DNA of 63,626 bases, filler included, from Chiloscyllium plagiosum (taxonomy: Eukaryota), in NCBI RefSeq assembly GCF_004010195.1. It is 4 parts of one record of this genome, joined end to end, with 100 filler letters (N's around TTAATTAATTAA, not from the genome) between each part and the next. Parts side by side here need not be neighbours in the genome. Positions count along the whole stretch, not along the records: positions 1 to 25,061 come from NC_057710.1; positions 25,162 to 53,914 come from NC_057710.1; 2 more parts are not named here. One strand, written 5' to 3'. Positions 23,241-37,700 of this stretch are shown here, piece by piece. The position numbers and the translations under genes were made by a program. Position 1 is the stretch's first letter; every line of letters begins with the position of its first letter. Below the pieces are notes generated by a model. It saw nothing but the letters and a program-made list of their open reading frames with translations. It searched no databases and was not told where the DNA came from.

Positions 23241-24064
23241 ATGTCTTTGATACCATGATGGTGATTCTGATATGCTCACTCAGAGCTAGAAAGTTTTCAT
23301 TTGATCTCAGCAGTCAGATATTGCGAGGTGCCATTTTTCACAATGTTCTTCAAATATAGTTTTTATAATAAACCTATTTTCAAAAAGACCCACATGGAGT
23401 CACAGTGTTACAGTAATTCTGTGCGGAGTCAGACTTTGCAATGCTAACAAAAAGAACAAGAACTGGTTAACGAAATACAAAGCTTGCCTGAATTACTGCA
23501 ACCTGATTGACAATGTTCCCGTGCGGAAGTAAGCTATATTTGTAAATGCTCATAAAAAAGGAAATTGGTAGCTCAAATGGGATTGGGTCAAACTGGAAGC
23601 AGTGGTTATGAATAATGGCTCGAGGCAGTGATCTGGTATGGTGATGGGATTCTGGGACTGGTCACAAGGTTTGTAGGTATGACTAAAGTTGGTGACTTCA
23701 GTCTTTCCACTACCAAGTCAAAAGAAGTTGACTTAGACAGGCACTCGAACATCAGAGTTGCAACTGAAAAACCTAGAGGGCTAGTGGAAATGTCTAATCG
23801 GGTCATGAAGGTGACCCCATGGTCTGGCCATATTGTAATGATCAGAAAGATGCTGGAGCAACACAGTCTGGAGTTGTGCACTGGGACCACGTGAAATCGC
23901 TGATGCAGCTGACTTTCTGGGAGTTGCTGGGAAATTCAAAATTCCAATGAGAAATTCCCCTAAATCTGGAACTCTACGAAAAAGACGGGCAGTGTGTTGT
24001 GGAAGGAACAAGGATAGATTTATGGAGGGATCTCAAAGGAACAGCAGAGGAATTAGAAGACAGC

Positions 24065-25061
24065 ATAAACTACGTGTAAACTACACGTGTAGTGTCTCCC
24101 ACCCCTCCCTCCTCCTCTAACCTAAAAAAAAGGACTCAGTCAGCTGAACAGGTAAGCTACTTCGTGTTCTTGTTTTGGAGACTAAGCGTAGAGTTATGGC
24201 AGCGCAAGCAGTGGAATGATCCTCCTGCAGGATGTTTGAGGTAGGGGTGACCACCGATGCTCCTGCCGACTTCACCTGCAGGAAGTGCAGCCAGCTCCAG
24301 CTCCTCACAGACCACGTTAGGGAACTGGAGCTGGAGTTGGATGAACTGAGGATTATTCGAGAGGCTGAGAGGGTGATAGATAGAAGATACAGGGACATAG
24401 TTATGCCAGAGAACAGAGGTAGCTGGGTAACAGTTAGAGGTGGGAAGGGGAGGAAGCAGGCAGTGCAGAGATCCCCTGTAGTCGTTTCCCTCAACAATAA
24501 GTATACCGCTTTGGATACTGTTGGGGGGACGGTCTAGTAGGGGTAAGCTGCAGTGACCAGGTCTCTGGCACGAGGTCCGGCTCTGAGGCTCAGAAGGGAA
24601 AGGGGGTGAGGAGGAGAGCGCTAGTTATAGGACACTCTATAGTTAGAGGGACAGACAGGCGGTTCTGTGGACATGGGCAAGACTCTCGGATGGTTTGTTG
24701 CCTCCCGGATGCCAGGGTCCAAGATGTCTCGGACCGTGTCTTCAGAATCCTTAAGGGGGAAGAGTGTGCAGCCAGAAGTCGTGCACATTGGCACCAACGA
24801 CATAGGTAGGAAGAGGGGTGGGGAGGTCATTCAAGAGCTCAGGGAGTTAGGCTGGAAGCTAAAAGCTAGGACAGAGTCGTCATCTCTGGGTTGTTGCTGG
24901 TGCCACATGACAGTGAGGCAAGGAATAGGGAGAGAGTGCAGTTGAACACGTGGCTGCAAGGATGGGGGAGGAGGGAGGGCTTCAGGTATTTGGACAGTTG
25001 GACTGCATCCTGGGGAAGGTGGGACCTGTACAAGCAGGACGGGTTGCACCTGAACCAGAAG
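24065..25061 (+). mobile_element. CR1 LINE 5' UTR and ORF1 (Zn-finger/leucine zipper plus SGNH esterase), disrupted
   Basis: ATG at 24196; C..C...FTCRKC..LQLLTDHVRELELEL; ALVIGHSIVRG, HIGTND, DGLHLN esterase blocks; contains stops and frameshifts. Confidence 0.92.
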
Positions 25062-25161
25062 NNNNNNNNNNNNNNNNNNNNNNNNNNNNNNNNNNNNNNN
25101 NNNNNTTAATTAATTAANNNNNNNNNNNNNNNNNNNNNNNNNNNNNNNNNNNNNNNNNNNN
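25062..25161. other. Artificial contig spacer (N44-TTAATTAATTAA-N44)
   Basis: Identical 100-nt spacer occurs three times; linker gives stops in all frames. Confidence 0.98.
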
Positions 25162-25405
25162 GGGGGGTAGGTATAGGACAGATGTTAGGGGTAGGTTCTT
25201 TACTCAGCGAGTCGTGAGTTCATGGAATGCCCTGCCAGTAGCAGTGGTGGACTCTCCCTCATTATGGGCATTTAAGCGGGCATTGGATAGGCATATGGAG
25301 GATAGTGGGCTAGTGTAGGTTAGGTGGGCTTGAATCGGCGCAACATCGAGGGCCGAAGGGCCTGTACTGCGCTGTATTCTTCTATGTTCTATGTTCTATG
25401 TTCTA
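25162..25405 (+). mobile_element. Young CR1 3' end with (TTCTATG)n tail
   Basis: FFTQRVVSSWNAL motif; near-identical to 54015-54244. Confidence 0.9.
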
Positions 25406-25894
25406 TCTTCTTATAATGCGGTGACCAGAACTGTACACAATACTCCATGTGCGGCCGCACCAGAGTTTTGTACAGCTGTAGCATAACCTCTTGGTTCCGG
25501 AACTCAATCCCTCTAAAAATAAAAGCTAAAACACTGTATGCCTTCTTAACAACCCTGTCAACCTGGATGGCCTCCTCCTGCTCCTACTTCTTATGTTATT
25601 TTCTCAATTAAACAACAGTATTTCCACATAGTTGTGCTTGACAGTAAACTTCAATCAGGTTTTACCATAGTAGGGTGCTTGTGCACACAGAAATCAAGTT
25701 TCATTTCTGATGACCATTAGGCAGGCAATGAATAGCGAGTGACATTTCCTGTCTCTACTGATGGTGTCTCCAAGGTCTGATAAACTTTTGTGAACAGGAC
25801 TCATTATCAGTGCAGGAAGCCAAGAGATCAATGCCAATTATACTTTTATGGGCAGCAATTACTATGAATGCTCAGCAGATCTGCCATATCGGTG

Positions 25895-26075
25895 GAGAGA
25901 GAGAAACAGAGTTAATGTTTCACGTCAGTTAAAGTTTTGATGAAAGGTCATTGACATGAACCATGAACTTGAACTGTTTCTCTCTACAAAGGTGCTGCCT
26001 GATCACTTGGTGTTTCTAGCATTATCTGTTTTTTTTATATTTCAAATTTCTGGCATCCATTGTGTTTTGCTTTTG
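25895..26075. mobile_element. Ancient degenerate PLE terminal fold-back
   Basis: GAGAGAAACAG...CTGTTTCTCTC inverted arms around TGATGAAAGGTCATTGACATGAA (decayed hammerhead-like core), followed by a PLE-like terminal tract. Confidence 0.45.
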
Positions 26076-28344
26076 TATTACTGTTTATAGACAACTTGTC
26101 TTTTGGGAGAGTGAAGAATCCAAAGTTCATACAGAGGACTTAGCAGTCATTAGCCTCTTAAACTAAATCTATTTATTGGGCCTTATCACAAGGGACTCTG
26201 GTTAGGGTGGTATTTATTACCCATTTCTGATTGCCCTTGAGAATGCAAAACATACAATTAAATACAGCACAGGAACAGGCCCTTTGGCTTATCAAGCTTC
26301 CACCTTCCTTATTTAGAGAAGGTGGTGGTAAGCCATCTTCTTGAACTGTTGCAGTCTGTCAGGTTAAGCTCAAACGTCAATTGGCACTTGATCCTACTGA
26401 GGATTTTCATTGCTGGTGGAGGGGAATCAGTTGCCCTTGAAGATACCCGCTCCCACAATTAGTACATGCAGCACTCAAACTCAGTCTCTGTGTTTAAAAT
26501 GATAATGGCTGGGAGTACAATGTATCACAAGCTTTTTAACCACATGCCTATTCCTTTCCCATCAGATGAATAGGGTTAAAACTGGCCCTTGAGAATCAAA
26601 AAATAAATGTCAGTTTATGTTTTCCAAATGGAGACCCTTTTCAAATCTGTCTCCTTTTGAATCAAACCTTATTCAATTTCATGACAAATGAAGAAACTTT
26701 GCTTGGTCTGACAAAAAAAAATTCAGGAAAAGTTCCAATTGACATTATTACTGTAAACAATGAGGAGTTAAATGCATTGATGTCTTCACTGCTGCTCTAC
26801 CACAGATGGTGATTTTTATAATTGAAGATTGCAAAAAGATCAATCCAAGTAATTTTACAGAATTCAAATATAGAAACTTCACCGCAACATTATTCAAATA
26901 CACTGAATTCAGGCGTACCATATAACATTTCTTTAGAGATTTTGCCATAAAAAGGTGCAATTTAAACCTGATTTAAATGGTGCTAAAACAAAATCAATAC
27001 CTTTGTCATTCTTAAGTCATCATGTCATAAATTACGCTGAGAATGGAAAATTTAAAATGTAATTACTTTTACTCCACATGAAGCTATTAGAGCATATAGT
27101 GATAGCTGCAGGTGATGTAACCAATTTAAATTTATAGACTATTGAAGTCTTCGGTCAGCCATAGGACTTAAATTGAACTGTATCGAGTGATAGACTTTTA
27201 AAAACTGCATTGATTTCTGGAAATATAGCATGTTAAAAATCCTGGCTGCATTTGTCCGAAACTTTGCATATAAACCTTTAATTAAAAAGTGCCGTTCAAC
27301 ATATTTTAAGTAAAAAGTTATGAATATAATTTCCAAAGGATAGAAATGAAACATCTCTCTATTTTTTGCCAATGATACAAGACAGAAAGAAATAGATTTA
27401 CCCCAAAGCTATCACAAAATCACTTTTCTTCATTGGCATATGAATATTGTCGGCAAGTTCAGCACTTATTGATGTTTTGCACATTGCAACTGATCTGGAT
27501 CTGGCTCTGGAGTTCCATATCAACCAAACTGGTAAAGTCAGCAAGTTTCCTGCCTAAGTAACATTAATAAACCAATCAGACTTTTTAGTACAACCCAAAT
27601 CTTTATTGTCCCTCGTGTCTGCCTCCATGCAATTTCCAAGTGGTTAATTGCTGGAGCTGTTTGGTAAGGTTTTGCTGACATTATGTATTTGTGTTAACGT
27701 CGTGGTCAAGGCTAGTTTACTGTTTGTCTCATACTATTTTAAATTATCATGATGAGTTCTCACTTCTAATTACTCCTTAGGTTGAATTTCAAGTCCAGTC
27801 ATAACATTTGGACATGTTACTGAGTGAAATCTAGAGCCCAATTTTAAGATCTACTAAAACGCCGTTAGTGCAGTGACTTGTACTTCTTATGGTTTGCATA
27901 GCAAATTTGTAGGTATTGGATAATGTTGCCATTATTCATGAAGGGATTCCCAGTTCTGTCCCATATCCCCAGTAATTTGAACACGAGCTGGTAGGAGGTG
28001 TGTTGTAGCCATTTTCTCTTCAGTGTTTTAACTGTGATCTTCCTTTTTTCTTTGCCAGTGGCAGCTCACAGCTCTGAAGTTATACCTTTTATTTCAGCTT
28101 CGACCATTCACCTCAGTGCCTCTTCTGACACTATGCTTTGTGTGTACATGACGGCTGTACGTTCAAAACATGGAGGACTTTGAAATGAGGCTAAGGATGG
28201 CTACCTACAGGATGTGTACCTTATGATAGAGATCACAGGACCACAGCACACTAGGAGAGACATTGGTCCATGATTTCATTTCAATTTAAACACTGGGAGA
28301 GTGGTAAGCAATCCAATCAGTCTAGGCTACAAATATAAAATGTG

Positions 28345-28463
28345 GGATCTTTTGGGACAGTAGTACTATCATTACCTCTGGGTCAGAAGGTCTTGGTTCA
28401 AGTCCCATCAGCTCCAGTGATGTAGCATAACATATTCAAACAGATTGATTAATATAAAGAAAA
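28345..28463 (+). mobile_element. Short tRNA-derived SINE, old copy
   Basis: GGTTCAAGTCCC B box and ACAGATTGATT-A-rich tail; resembles 49019-49156 in reverse. Confidence 0.5.
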
Positions 28464-28614
28464 GTGTGCTCTGTATTAAGCATACAATTTGATTGGTTGA
28501 CCAGTTAGAAATATTGAAAAGGATTTTGTTTGCTTCTGAAAGATTTGGATCCTATGAGTGGACAGAAATCCTTCTTGAATCAACAATATTCAAAAATATT
28601 CAAAATTCAATAAC

Positions 28615-29235
28615 CTGCTCACTGACACTCACTTTGAGTTCTGCTATGGTCACTCAGCTCTAGACCTCATTGTAGTCTTGGTTCAAACATGGACATGAGA
28701 ACTGAATTCCAAGAGATGAGGGGAGAGAGACTGCCCATGACCAAGTGTGGCATCAAACAGTCTTAGCAATATTGGAGTCAGTGGGTATTGGGGGCAAATG
28801 CTCCACAGGTTGGAGTCATGTCTACCACACAGGAAGGTGGTCATGGTTGTTGATGGTCAGTCATCACAGCTCCAGGACATCTCTGCAGGAATTCCTCAGG
28901 GTGGTGTCCAAGGCTCAAGGATCTTCAGCGACTTCATCATAAGGTCAGAAGTGGGGATGTTCGCTGAGGATTATATAATGTTCGACACCATTTGTAGTTC
29001 CTCAGATACTGAAACAGTTCATGTTCAAATACAACAGGATCTGGAATATATCCAGGCTTGAGTTGGCAAGTAACATTTGCGTAATGCTCATTTAAAAAGA
29101 GAAAAACTAGCCTTCACTCCTTGACATTCATTGGTATCACCATCACTGAATCCCCACTATCAACATTCTGATCATTATCATTGACCAGAAACTGGACTCA
29201 CCCTAGTGATGCCCATATCCCATGAGCGAATACCA
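28615..29235 (+). mobile_element. Ancient LINE RT fragment (CR1/L2 group)
   Basis: AGIPQGGVQG..MFAED (degenerate PQGSVLGP/YADD). Confidence 0.7.
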
Positions 29236-30340
29236 AAACGTAACTAAACATGCACGTTGCTCATGCATCTTTAAAAATTAGAAATTTAAATGCTAACAAG
29301 CTCTTCCAGGCTCTTAAATTGTCTGAATTTGACTTACTTGAAAGGATAGCAGGATTCGTAGACATAAAAACATAGTGAGCAAGTGTAGGACATTTTGCCC
29401 TTGAAACCTGCTTCACCATTCAACATGATTGTGGTTGATTGTCTACCCCAATGCCATATTCCCATTTCCTCCCTATAACTCTCAATCTTTAAAATCTTAA
29501 AAAAAAAACCCTCTATCGCAACATCGTGGTGATCTTTACCTGTGCTGGCATCCATTACCAGTATTTCCGAGATCCCCCATCTTTGTTTCTCTTAACAGTT
29601 AATCCCAAAAGTTTAGAAGTAACTGGAATTAATAAAGGAATCCTTTCAATTAAAAAATACGCAAGGTTGTCACACTACATTTGCTTGATAGCCCTAATGA
29701 TATAAATAAGCATCAATTTAAATCCAATGAATGCTTGGATATTTAAACATATTTATAAACATGCAATGTTACCATCCTTTGTTCTAAATTATTTTTAAAG
29801 CATCTTTATCATGGATAGTAATAGCATGGAAATGTCAATTAGTCTAAAATTAGAGGTTACTTCAGCAGGAAATGGTCACGTGAAAAGTGAGAAATTGTAT
29901 TTCAGTGGTTAGCTTAATATTTAGGTTAGCGCATGAGATTTCAGAAATTATTAGAAGTTCATAGTAACTATTAAATATTAATAAATGAATTTGATGGGTG
30001 AGGAGATAAAAACAGTCAATTCATCAAACAGACATCCTGCTGGATGGATCTGTAAGATAAAACATCTGCTCTCTTCAACACCCACAGATTTACTGGGGAT
30101 CAGTGTCACACTGGTGCTGTGAAGACCCCTCCTTGGGAACAGGAGGAGCAATAGACCATTTAAACCCTCAAGCTTAGTTGGTGATTTCAAAAAGATCATT
30201 GTTAATCGATATCCAACTTTATTGGCCCAACTTTAAACCATATTTCTTACTGGCAAAAAAATCACCTCAATCTCAGTCTGGAAATCCAGAATTCTTTAGG
30301 GGAACGATGGCTCCACATTTCAATGATAAAATTTTTCATA

Positions 30341-30840
30341 CAAAGTTAAAAATCACATAACACTAGGTTATAGTCCAACAGGTTTATTTGAAAGCACAAG
30401 CTTTCAGCGCGTTGCTCCTTCATCAGGTGATCGTGGAGAATAAGATCATGATCACAGAATTTATAGCCAAGGGAGTCCAGTGTCATGGAGATGTGATACA
30501 GTAAACTATTTTAGATTAAAACTTTCATCTTTTATAATGGGATATGCTGGTTTCTGTTCTTTGATATGTAAATCCCAGAAATTCTTTTAAATTTTATTCT
30601 CAAGATATTCAGCTTTTCTAACAATAGATATGAAGTCTGTCTGTGTCCCAATGTTGAGTCAGACTGACAAGCCATCTGCATAGTTTTACATGGATTTATG
30701 CAGTTTTTGAGCAAAATAAAGTGTAATTCTGCAAAAACATATTCATCCCATAAACTTATATGGGGTGCACGTGTAGAAATGACAGAGAGCACGCGACAAA
30801 ATGTGTGTGTGAGTGTGTGAGAGAGAGAGAGAGAGATGGG
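30341..30840 (-). mobile_element. Penelope family 2 terminal region
   Basis: Similar to 32428-32960; degenerate hammerhead core at about 30397-30426. Confidence 0.8.
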
Positions 30841-32391
30841 GTTCATACAAAGTAAGGCAATGCCCCTCAAAGTCCGTTCTGCCAATGGAGAGAATAGCTT
30901 CTCTATATCTACACTATTGAATCTCAACCTTTACTAATCTGAAGTAAATGAATCTACACTTAGATCATTCTTAGCCATCTAAATTCAGGTAAATACAAGG
31001 CCTGTTAATTCAAACTGTTCTCATAATCTAAGCCCTGACCACTTCCCTCATGGTCAGCTGTCCCAAAATTTGTGGGTGCCGTCTACTCTAGGTTGTGGGT
31101 TTTTAACCATGAGTTTTCACATGACTGATCAGGCTGATTCTTCACCCACAGATTTTTAGGCACATGAGGCAAGATGCCCAATGAGGTACTATAATCCAGA
31201 TTGCAGGATTGACTTCCTTTTCTTTTATTGATGCTGCTTTCCCCTCATCATTAAGGGGTTGGACTTGAAACACATTGTGAATTGATGGAAAGCTGCCAAC
31301 ATGTTGGCAATTGTAATCCATTTTTCTCATACTTTCTGTGTCACTTGAATTCTCATGCTATAGCAGTTACTTTCCTTCCTCAAATATAAATAATTCTTAA
31401 ACAAGAACAAAAGACAAGTTAAAGACATGGTTACGAAAACTACCATACCACTGACACTTGGTTCCTCAACTTGTTTCGAAAAAGCAGGACAAGTTGTTCT
31501 GAGGAAAAGTGAAAACTGACCTTACTATGAAAATGGACAACAGGGGCCAATAGTTATCCTGACATTCTGAGAAGACATTCTATGCTGGCAGAAAAAAAGG
31601 ATTCAGACATGTGATTGGCACAGTATATATCGCCAACCTCAAAAGTTGGGAACACCAACAAGTGTTCAGAGTCACAGAACAGTCCTCATTTTCCCATGGA
31701 AGGTGGACCAGAGGAGATTGAGCAAAGACCGAGGAATTTCCAAACGTTTCAGCCAGATAGCAGAATGCTGCCTTCACATCATAACAATAATGAGATTGAC
31801 ATACACTATGCCAACTGTCTATATATCCTCTGGCATCAGCCAGCCATCCTCTTTGCCTAGTTAACTGATATCCAAACTGCTGCTACTTAGCAAATTTAAT
31901 AAATTATATGGAAATCCTTTATGTATGATTGCTTATATTAGGTAACATGTGACCATAAACACCTAAAAATCTAACAACCGTGCTGAACAACAAATAGTTG
32001 CCCCCACCAAGTCATTAATATCAATACAGCCAAGCTTCAGGGACAGCTTCAGAGTTATTTTAAAGCATATCCTTTGACCAAATGAAAGTTAGAAAAGACC
32101 TGGCAGGGGAGACACTCTGTGGTCATCTGGACAGTGTCTAGTCCATCACAGGGGATTTTACAGGAGTTTTGCCTGAATGCTTGTGTAGCTGGCCTCAAGA
32201 ATGACACTACCATTTGTCCAACGACCTAATATAATTCTGGACAATGTATATTGTACATCCTCGAAAGACAAATGCATTTGTTTAGAACGTCAGTGCCCAA
32301 AACAAAATGTAGTATTCCAGATGCTGTTTGACTAAGGTTTAATACAACTCAAGCATAAATTATCATCCTTTTGCATTCCAATGATAAAGAC

Positions 32392-33911
32392 GATGTGGAG
32401 GAGTCCGGTGTAGGACTGGGGTAAACAAAGTTAAAAAACACACAACACCAGTTTATAGTTCAACAGGTTTATTTGGAAACACTAGCTTTCGGAGTGGTGC
32501 TCCTTCATCAGGTAGCTGTGGAATGGGATCATATGACACAGAATTTATAGCAAAACATTACAGTTTCATGCTGAAATTATATATTGAACAAACCCATGTT
32601 GCAGCAAACTAGGTTGCAGGTTTCAGTTCATTAATATGTAAATCCCAGAACATAAACATTCTCAAGGTAACTTAAGGTTTTAGAAAAAAAAGTGACATCT
32701 CAGCTCAGACAATGCATTAAAGGTGTGAGGTTAGAGTCTGTCTGTATTCCAACCTTGAGTCAGACTGGTTCTATTTCCAAAGTAGGAATTTATAAAATAT
32801 TACATGGGTTAACTGCCTGCAGATTGTGCGCTTTTTGAGCAAAATAGAATGCATCTGCAAGTATAATTCTGCAAATGCAAATTTACCCCATAGACTTGTA
32901 TGTGTGTGTGCATGAATAAGAGAGAGAGTGTGTGCACTTGTGAGTGTGAGTGTGCGTTTACATGCGTGAATGCTTGGTAAAGTGTGTGTGTGTGAGTGTG
33001 ATGGAGAATAAGCCTGTGAGAAGGTGTGCGCGTGGGGGGTGTATCTGAGTGTGTGTATGAGAGAGGGCTTGTGAATGACAGAGTGTATAGTGTAGTGGGG
33101 TCACCTGCAGTGTGACATAAACCCAAGGTCCCAGTTGAGGCCATCCGAACTTGGCTACTGCTCAGCCACTCTGTGTTGATGTGTATCCTGAAGTCCACTT
33201 TATAGGATGGTCACCTGAAGATCTAAGGTTGTATGACTCTGACCGCTGAAGTGTTCCCTGACTGGGAGGGACCACTCTGTCTGGTGATTGTTGCACAGTG
33301 TCCATTCATCCATTGTTATAGCATCGACTTGGTCTCGCCAATGTACCATGCCTCGGGGCTTCCTTGCATTCAGCTTTTAAGATAAACAATGTTGGCTGAG
33401 TCACATGAGTACCTGCTGCATACGTGGTGGGTGGTGTACCAGCGTGTGATGGTGGCATCTGTGTCGACATTCTGACACGTCTTGCAGTGGTTGCCATGAT
33501 ATGGTTGTGCAGTGTTGTGGTCCATGTTGTCCTGAAGTCTGGGCAGTTTGCTGTGAGCAATGGTCTGTTTAAAGTTCAATGGTTGCTTTAAAGGTGAGAA
33601 GTGGAGGCATAGGGAAGTGCTTATCCTCATTGATAATGTGTTGCAGGCTGCAAAGAACACGGCATAGTTTCTCCACTCCCAGAAAGTACTAGACAATGAA
33701 GGGTACCCTGTTGGTTGCATTCCATGTCTGTCTCCTGAGGTGGGCATTACAGCTTCCAGCCATGGCACGGCCAACATTGTCTATCTCATACGTTGCAGGC
33801 AAGGATGCCCAGAGGCATGGTACATTGACGAGACCAAGCAGACGCTAGGGCAACAGATGAATGGACACTGTGAGTAAAATAGAATGTATCTGCAAATATA
33901 ATTCTGCAAAT
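32392..33911 (-). mobile_element. Penelope family 2 element with GIY-YIG remnant and inverted 5' segment
   Basis: Minus strand ANIVYL..EAWYIGETK; plus strand 33770-33870 ANIVYLIRCRQGCPEAWYIDETKQ; TG/AG microsatellite. Confidence 0.88.
32482..32512 (-). ncRNA. Minimal hammerhead ribozyme core (PLE family 2)
   Basis: CTGATGA-A-GGAG-CACCA-CTCC-GAAA-GCTAG. Confidence 0.65.
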
Positions 33912-33917
33912 ATAATA

Positions 33918-34704
33918 TGTCTTAATGAACCACTCACTGACATGTATTATGAAGTTGAAGGCGTGTACTGAACCTTTAATATAGAATGAATGCTGTTTTG
34001 CACTGAGAGCTTATAAACACCTGTCATATGACTTTCTAGCAGTCTCAGACTGTATTGGAAAATTGAACATATGTAACATTTGGCTGTGAAATAGTTACCC
34101 GAGTTTTAGTTGCTGTTTTGATAACAATTCAAATTTAACCAGTTTAAACTGTGCCCCAGAATACTAAAACCCAATCGAGTTTGAATTTATTGTTTTTGCC
34201 AACATCGAACCAATGAGATGATCCGATGTTGGAGGTATGAAAAAGGCAGGCATTTTGAAAATCAGACAGAGAAACTGCCATCGAGAGCCAAGAAATTAGG
34301 AACGCTCTCTATCAAAGGTACCTTTTCATATGAAACATCTTCACAGTAAAAAGAAAAATGATGACCCAGGGAGATCTTCAGTCTGAAGATGATAGACACC
34401 GGAGATGACAGCCGCTGTATGGTTTTAAAAGTAAGTTGATGTAATTTTAATAAGTGTTTTATTGGAACAGTATATTGTTATAGAGTTGAATGCATGTAAT
34501 AAACAGTTATAAGAAAGAGGGGCTGAGAGTTGTGAATAGTTGTTGTTTAATGTTCACTTTAGAGTTAAAGAATAAATTGATTTTTTTTAAATAGTGGAAT
34601 TTGGGAGTTCTCTGTCACTCATACTTTGACAGATTATGAGGTGACATGAGCTGTTCTGGGTGTTTGGTTTAATTAACAGAAGGGTTCACCGTCGTGTCGT
34701 AACA
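33918..34704 (+). mobile_element. Probable LTR (solo, 5' end uncertain)
   Basis: AATAAA at 34571 and a ...TCGTAACA 3' terminus abutting a CR1 fragment. Confidence 0.5.
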
Positions 34705-37700
34705 TTTGACCTCTGCAACATTCCGTGGCAATGAGCTCCACAGATTAACCACCCTCTGGCTAAAGAAATTCCACTTCATCTCGGTACTAAAGGGTAATCC
34801 CTTTCCTCCTAGGCTACGCCCTGGGGTCTCTCCTACAAGCAGATACATCTTCTGCACATCCATTCTATCCAGGCTTCTCAATATTTGGTAAGTTTCAATG
34901 AGATACACATCCTTCTAAACTTATACTCTCTTGAGGTCAAACCCAGAGACCCCAAATGCTCCACTGCATCCCTCCCCCACCCCACAATTTTGAGAAAATC
35001 CATTTGCTTTTTATATTTAATAATACCAAAAATTGCAGGGAATTCACAATCTTATTTGATTTCCATCATCGACTACTCTCTGGTCAATCAATTGGATAAA
35101 TATAATCCAAAACAGTTTTCATGATTGTTACTTTTCTGTCAAAATACATTGTAATGTTTGATTACAGTGCTTGAATATTTAACAATTATGTTTGATTCAC
35201 TGCTTTCTTTTTCAAACACCATCATATGGAAATCTTGACCATGAACGTGATCTGAAAATAGGAGGAATAAATGATAGATAATAATAACTTATTTGCCAAT
35301 CAAGCACATAGCTTCCTTAATTCAAGATTTAACACCTCATTTGCATTTAATATGCAAGAAAACAATTGACCTATAAAGATTTAGAAATATTTTATAGATA
35401 TGAATGCTTTTTATCTCAGCTGCTTTGAAAATATTTCTTCCTGGCAAGAATCAGATTTAAATTATTATCTTAACAGATGTTTTAACATCCATACAAATCA
35501 ACCTGACAGGTTAGTTTTTAGTTAAAATGCGGCTTTTTAAATTCTGATGAAATTGGAGTAGCTAAAGTCAAAGTGACATCCTCTAATGTATGTGTTTCTC
35601 GGGGCACTTGAGGTATTTTGGTGAGACATGCAAGATAAAAGGCAGAAGATGCAGACGTAGGGGAAGCTGCAAGCACATAGACACTTATTATAAATATATA
35701 AGTGAAGAAGCTGAATTTTCTTAAAAACCTAAAATGAAACACTTCAGGAAAAAGGACCTCAGTAGGCCAGGCTTAAGAACATTCAGTCTTCTGATTAGGT
35801 TGGAAGCAGTATCTTGGTGTGGAAGAGCTTACTTCTTGAATAAACTATCTCTGATATGACTATGTGGCTGGATTATGTAGCATCATTTATCCCAACACAT
35901 AATCAGACCCACACCTCAGCAGAATTCCTTGCAGCAAACTGTCCTGGACTGAGAAACAGCAATTTCATATTCTGAGATTCCACCTAATTCCCTTGCCATA
36001 CATTGTTTTGTAATCATAAGCAAATATGAACATTTAGAATTATTCATTATGTGATCAGTCACCATTCTTCTAGGATGCATAACACTTGAAAGCAAAAATA
36101 AAATCTTGATAATTATGAAACTAAACCAGGTTCTGCAATTTTGGGGCAAACTGCATTTCTTATTTTTATTATGCTAGTGCAAAGATGTTCCAATGTCCTT
36201 GAGTTTCCAGTTTGCTATTGACCTGACGACATGATTCTTATCAATTACATAGTTATGAATCTTAACTCAGATGATAAAATTATTATTTATACTTGTTTGA
36301 AATCAGTCATCATTTACTGGAAATTAAATGAAGTTAAATTCTAAAAAATAAAAGCGAATGCATCTTGAGCATTTCAAAATCAAATTTACTTAATTAATTT
36401 TCCTAATCATGGTTAAATTAATCATGACCTAAATTATTAGTTATTAGATGTATTATTTTATTGCACAGGGCATAATATTTCTTGCATCCAAATTTCAAAA
36501 CTGTTTCTAATTTTCTGCTCTGTATTCCTTTAGGTGACTGAGTCAATATAGAGTCAGATTTGATAGTGGCATATTAACCTGATCTAATAAAAAGGTTGAT
36601 CGTCCTTGTACTGTGTAATTTCTACACCCATTCTGAGAGTAAGTAGTAAACATCTCCTATATTTATTTAAACTAAATTCAGACCATAATTGATCACAATA
36701 CTCCAAATGTTTGATAGATTTTCCTTAAAGCTTTTAGACTAAATGGAACACATCTGAGCCCAGAATCCAATCAGTCACCAAACTCAATTCAATATTTGTT
36801 GTTGAAGTAAAAGCAATAGAATTGTGGAGTGCTCAAATTAATTGCCTAAAGACTAATCGACTTAGTTAGCATGATGGACATAAATCTTCAGTAATAGTTC
36901 CCTAAATAACATATTAAGACTACTACAGCCCCTGAGTGTCAAATCAATCCAAAAAGATATTTGTTATGAGAACACTTGTACTGAATATAAAAGAAATTAT
37001 GTGAGCAAAAACAAAGAGTACATTGCAACAAGAACTATAATTCTCATTCCTTCACTCACTTCATCAAAACCGTCAAACTCTGGGTCTTAACAGGAATGTT
37101 GGTGTACCTGTAACTTCTTCCCTCACAGCCCCCACTCCCTAAATGAAATGCAGGAGGTCAATTCAAGAAGGTAAATCACCACCACACTCTCAAAGGCAAT
37201 TAGCTGGCAAAGGGAGTGCTGAATTTACCTAAATGATGCTGAGTCTTAGAAGATTAAATTATAAGCAAATATTCTATAAGCCCAGTTCGCATTTCCTAGA
37301 GTGTCAAAGATGGAGGTGGATTTGCTCATGCTGTTTAAAAGAATACAAGCATTCCATTTGCGAGATGTTGGGGAAATAGTTTCACTGAAGGCATCAAGAA
37401 CAAGGGGACACAAGAGTGGAACTTTACAGACCATTAGCAACATAAGCTATGGCGAGAAAACTGGTAGAAGCAAGTGAGATGTTAGGCCAGGCCCATTTTG
37501 ATGGACAATCTCATCATATCTTGTTCCCTTTTCTCAAGTGGCATGTTGAGATTTCCATTAGGGAGCAGTGAGCTGCCAAAGGACAATCATTATTGCATTT
37601 TGTTAACAATCCGAATTGTCACAGGGTGTGACATTTCCAAATGTGCTAAACAAACTAGCCATCGGAAAAACTTGACTTGTCAACTCCATGGGCACCAGGT

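Noticed and set aside
25106..25117. TTAATTAATTAA palindrome inside N runs (also at 53959-53970 and 59486-59497)
   Set aside because: Artificial six-frame-stop contig linker, not biological
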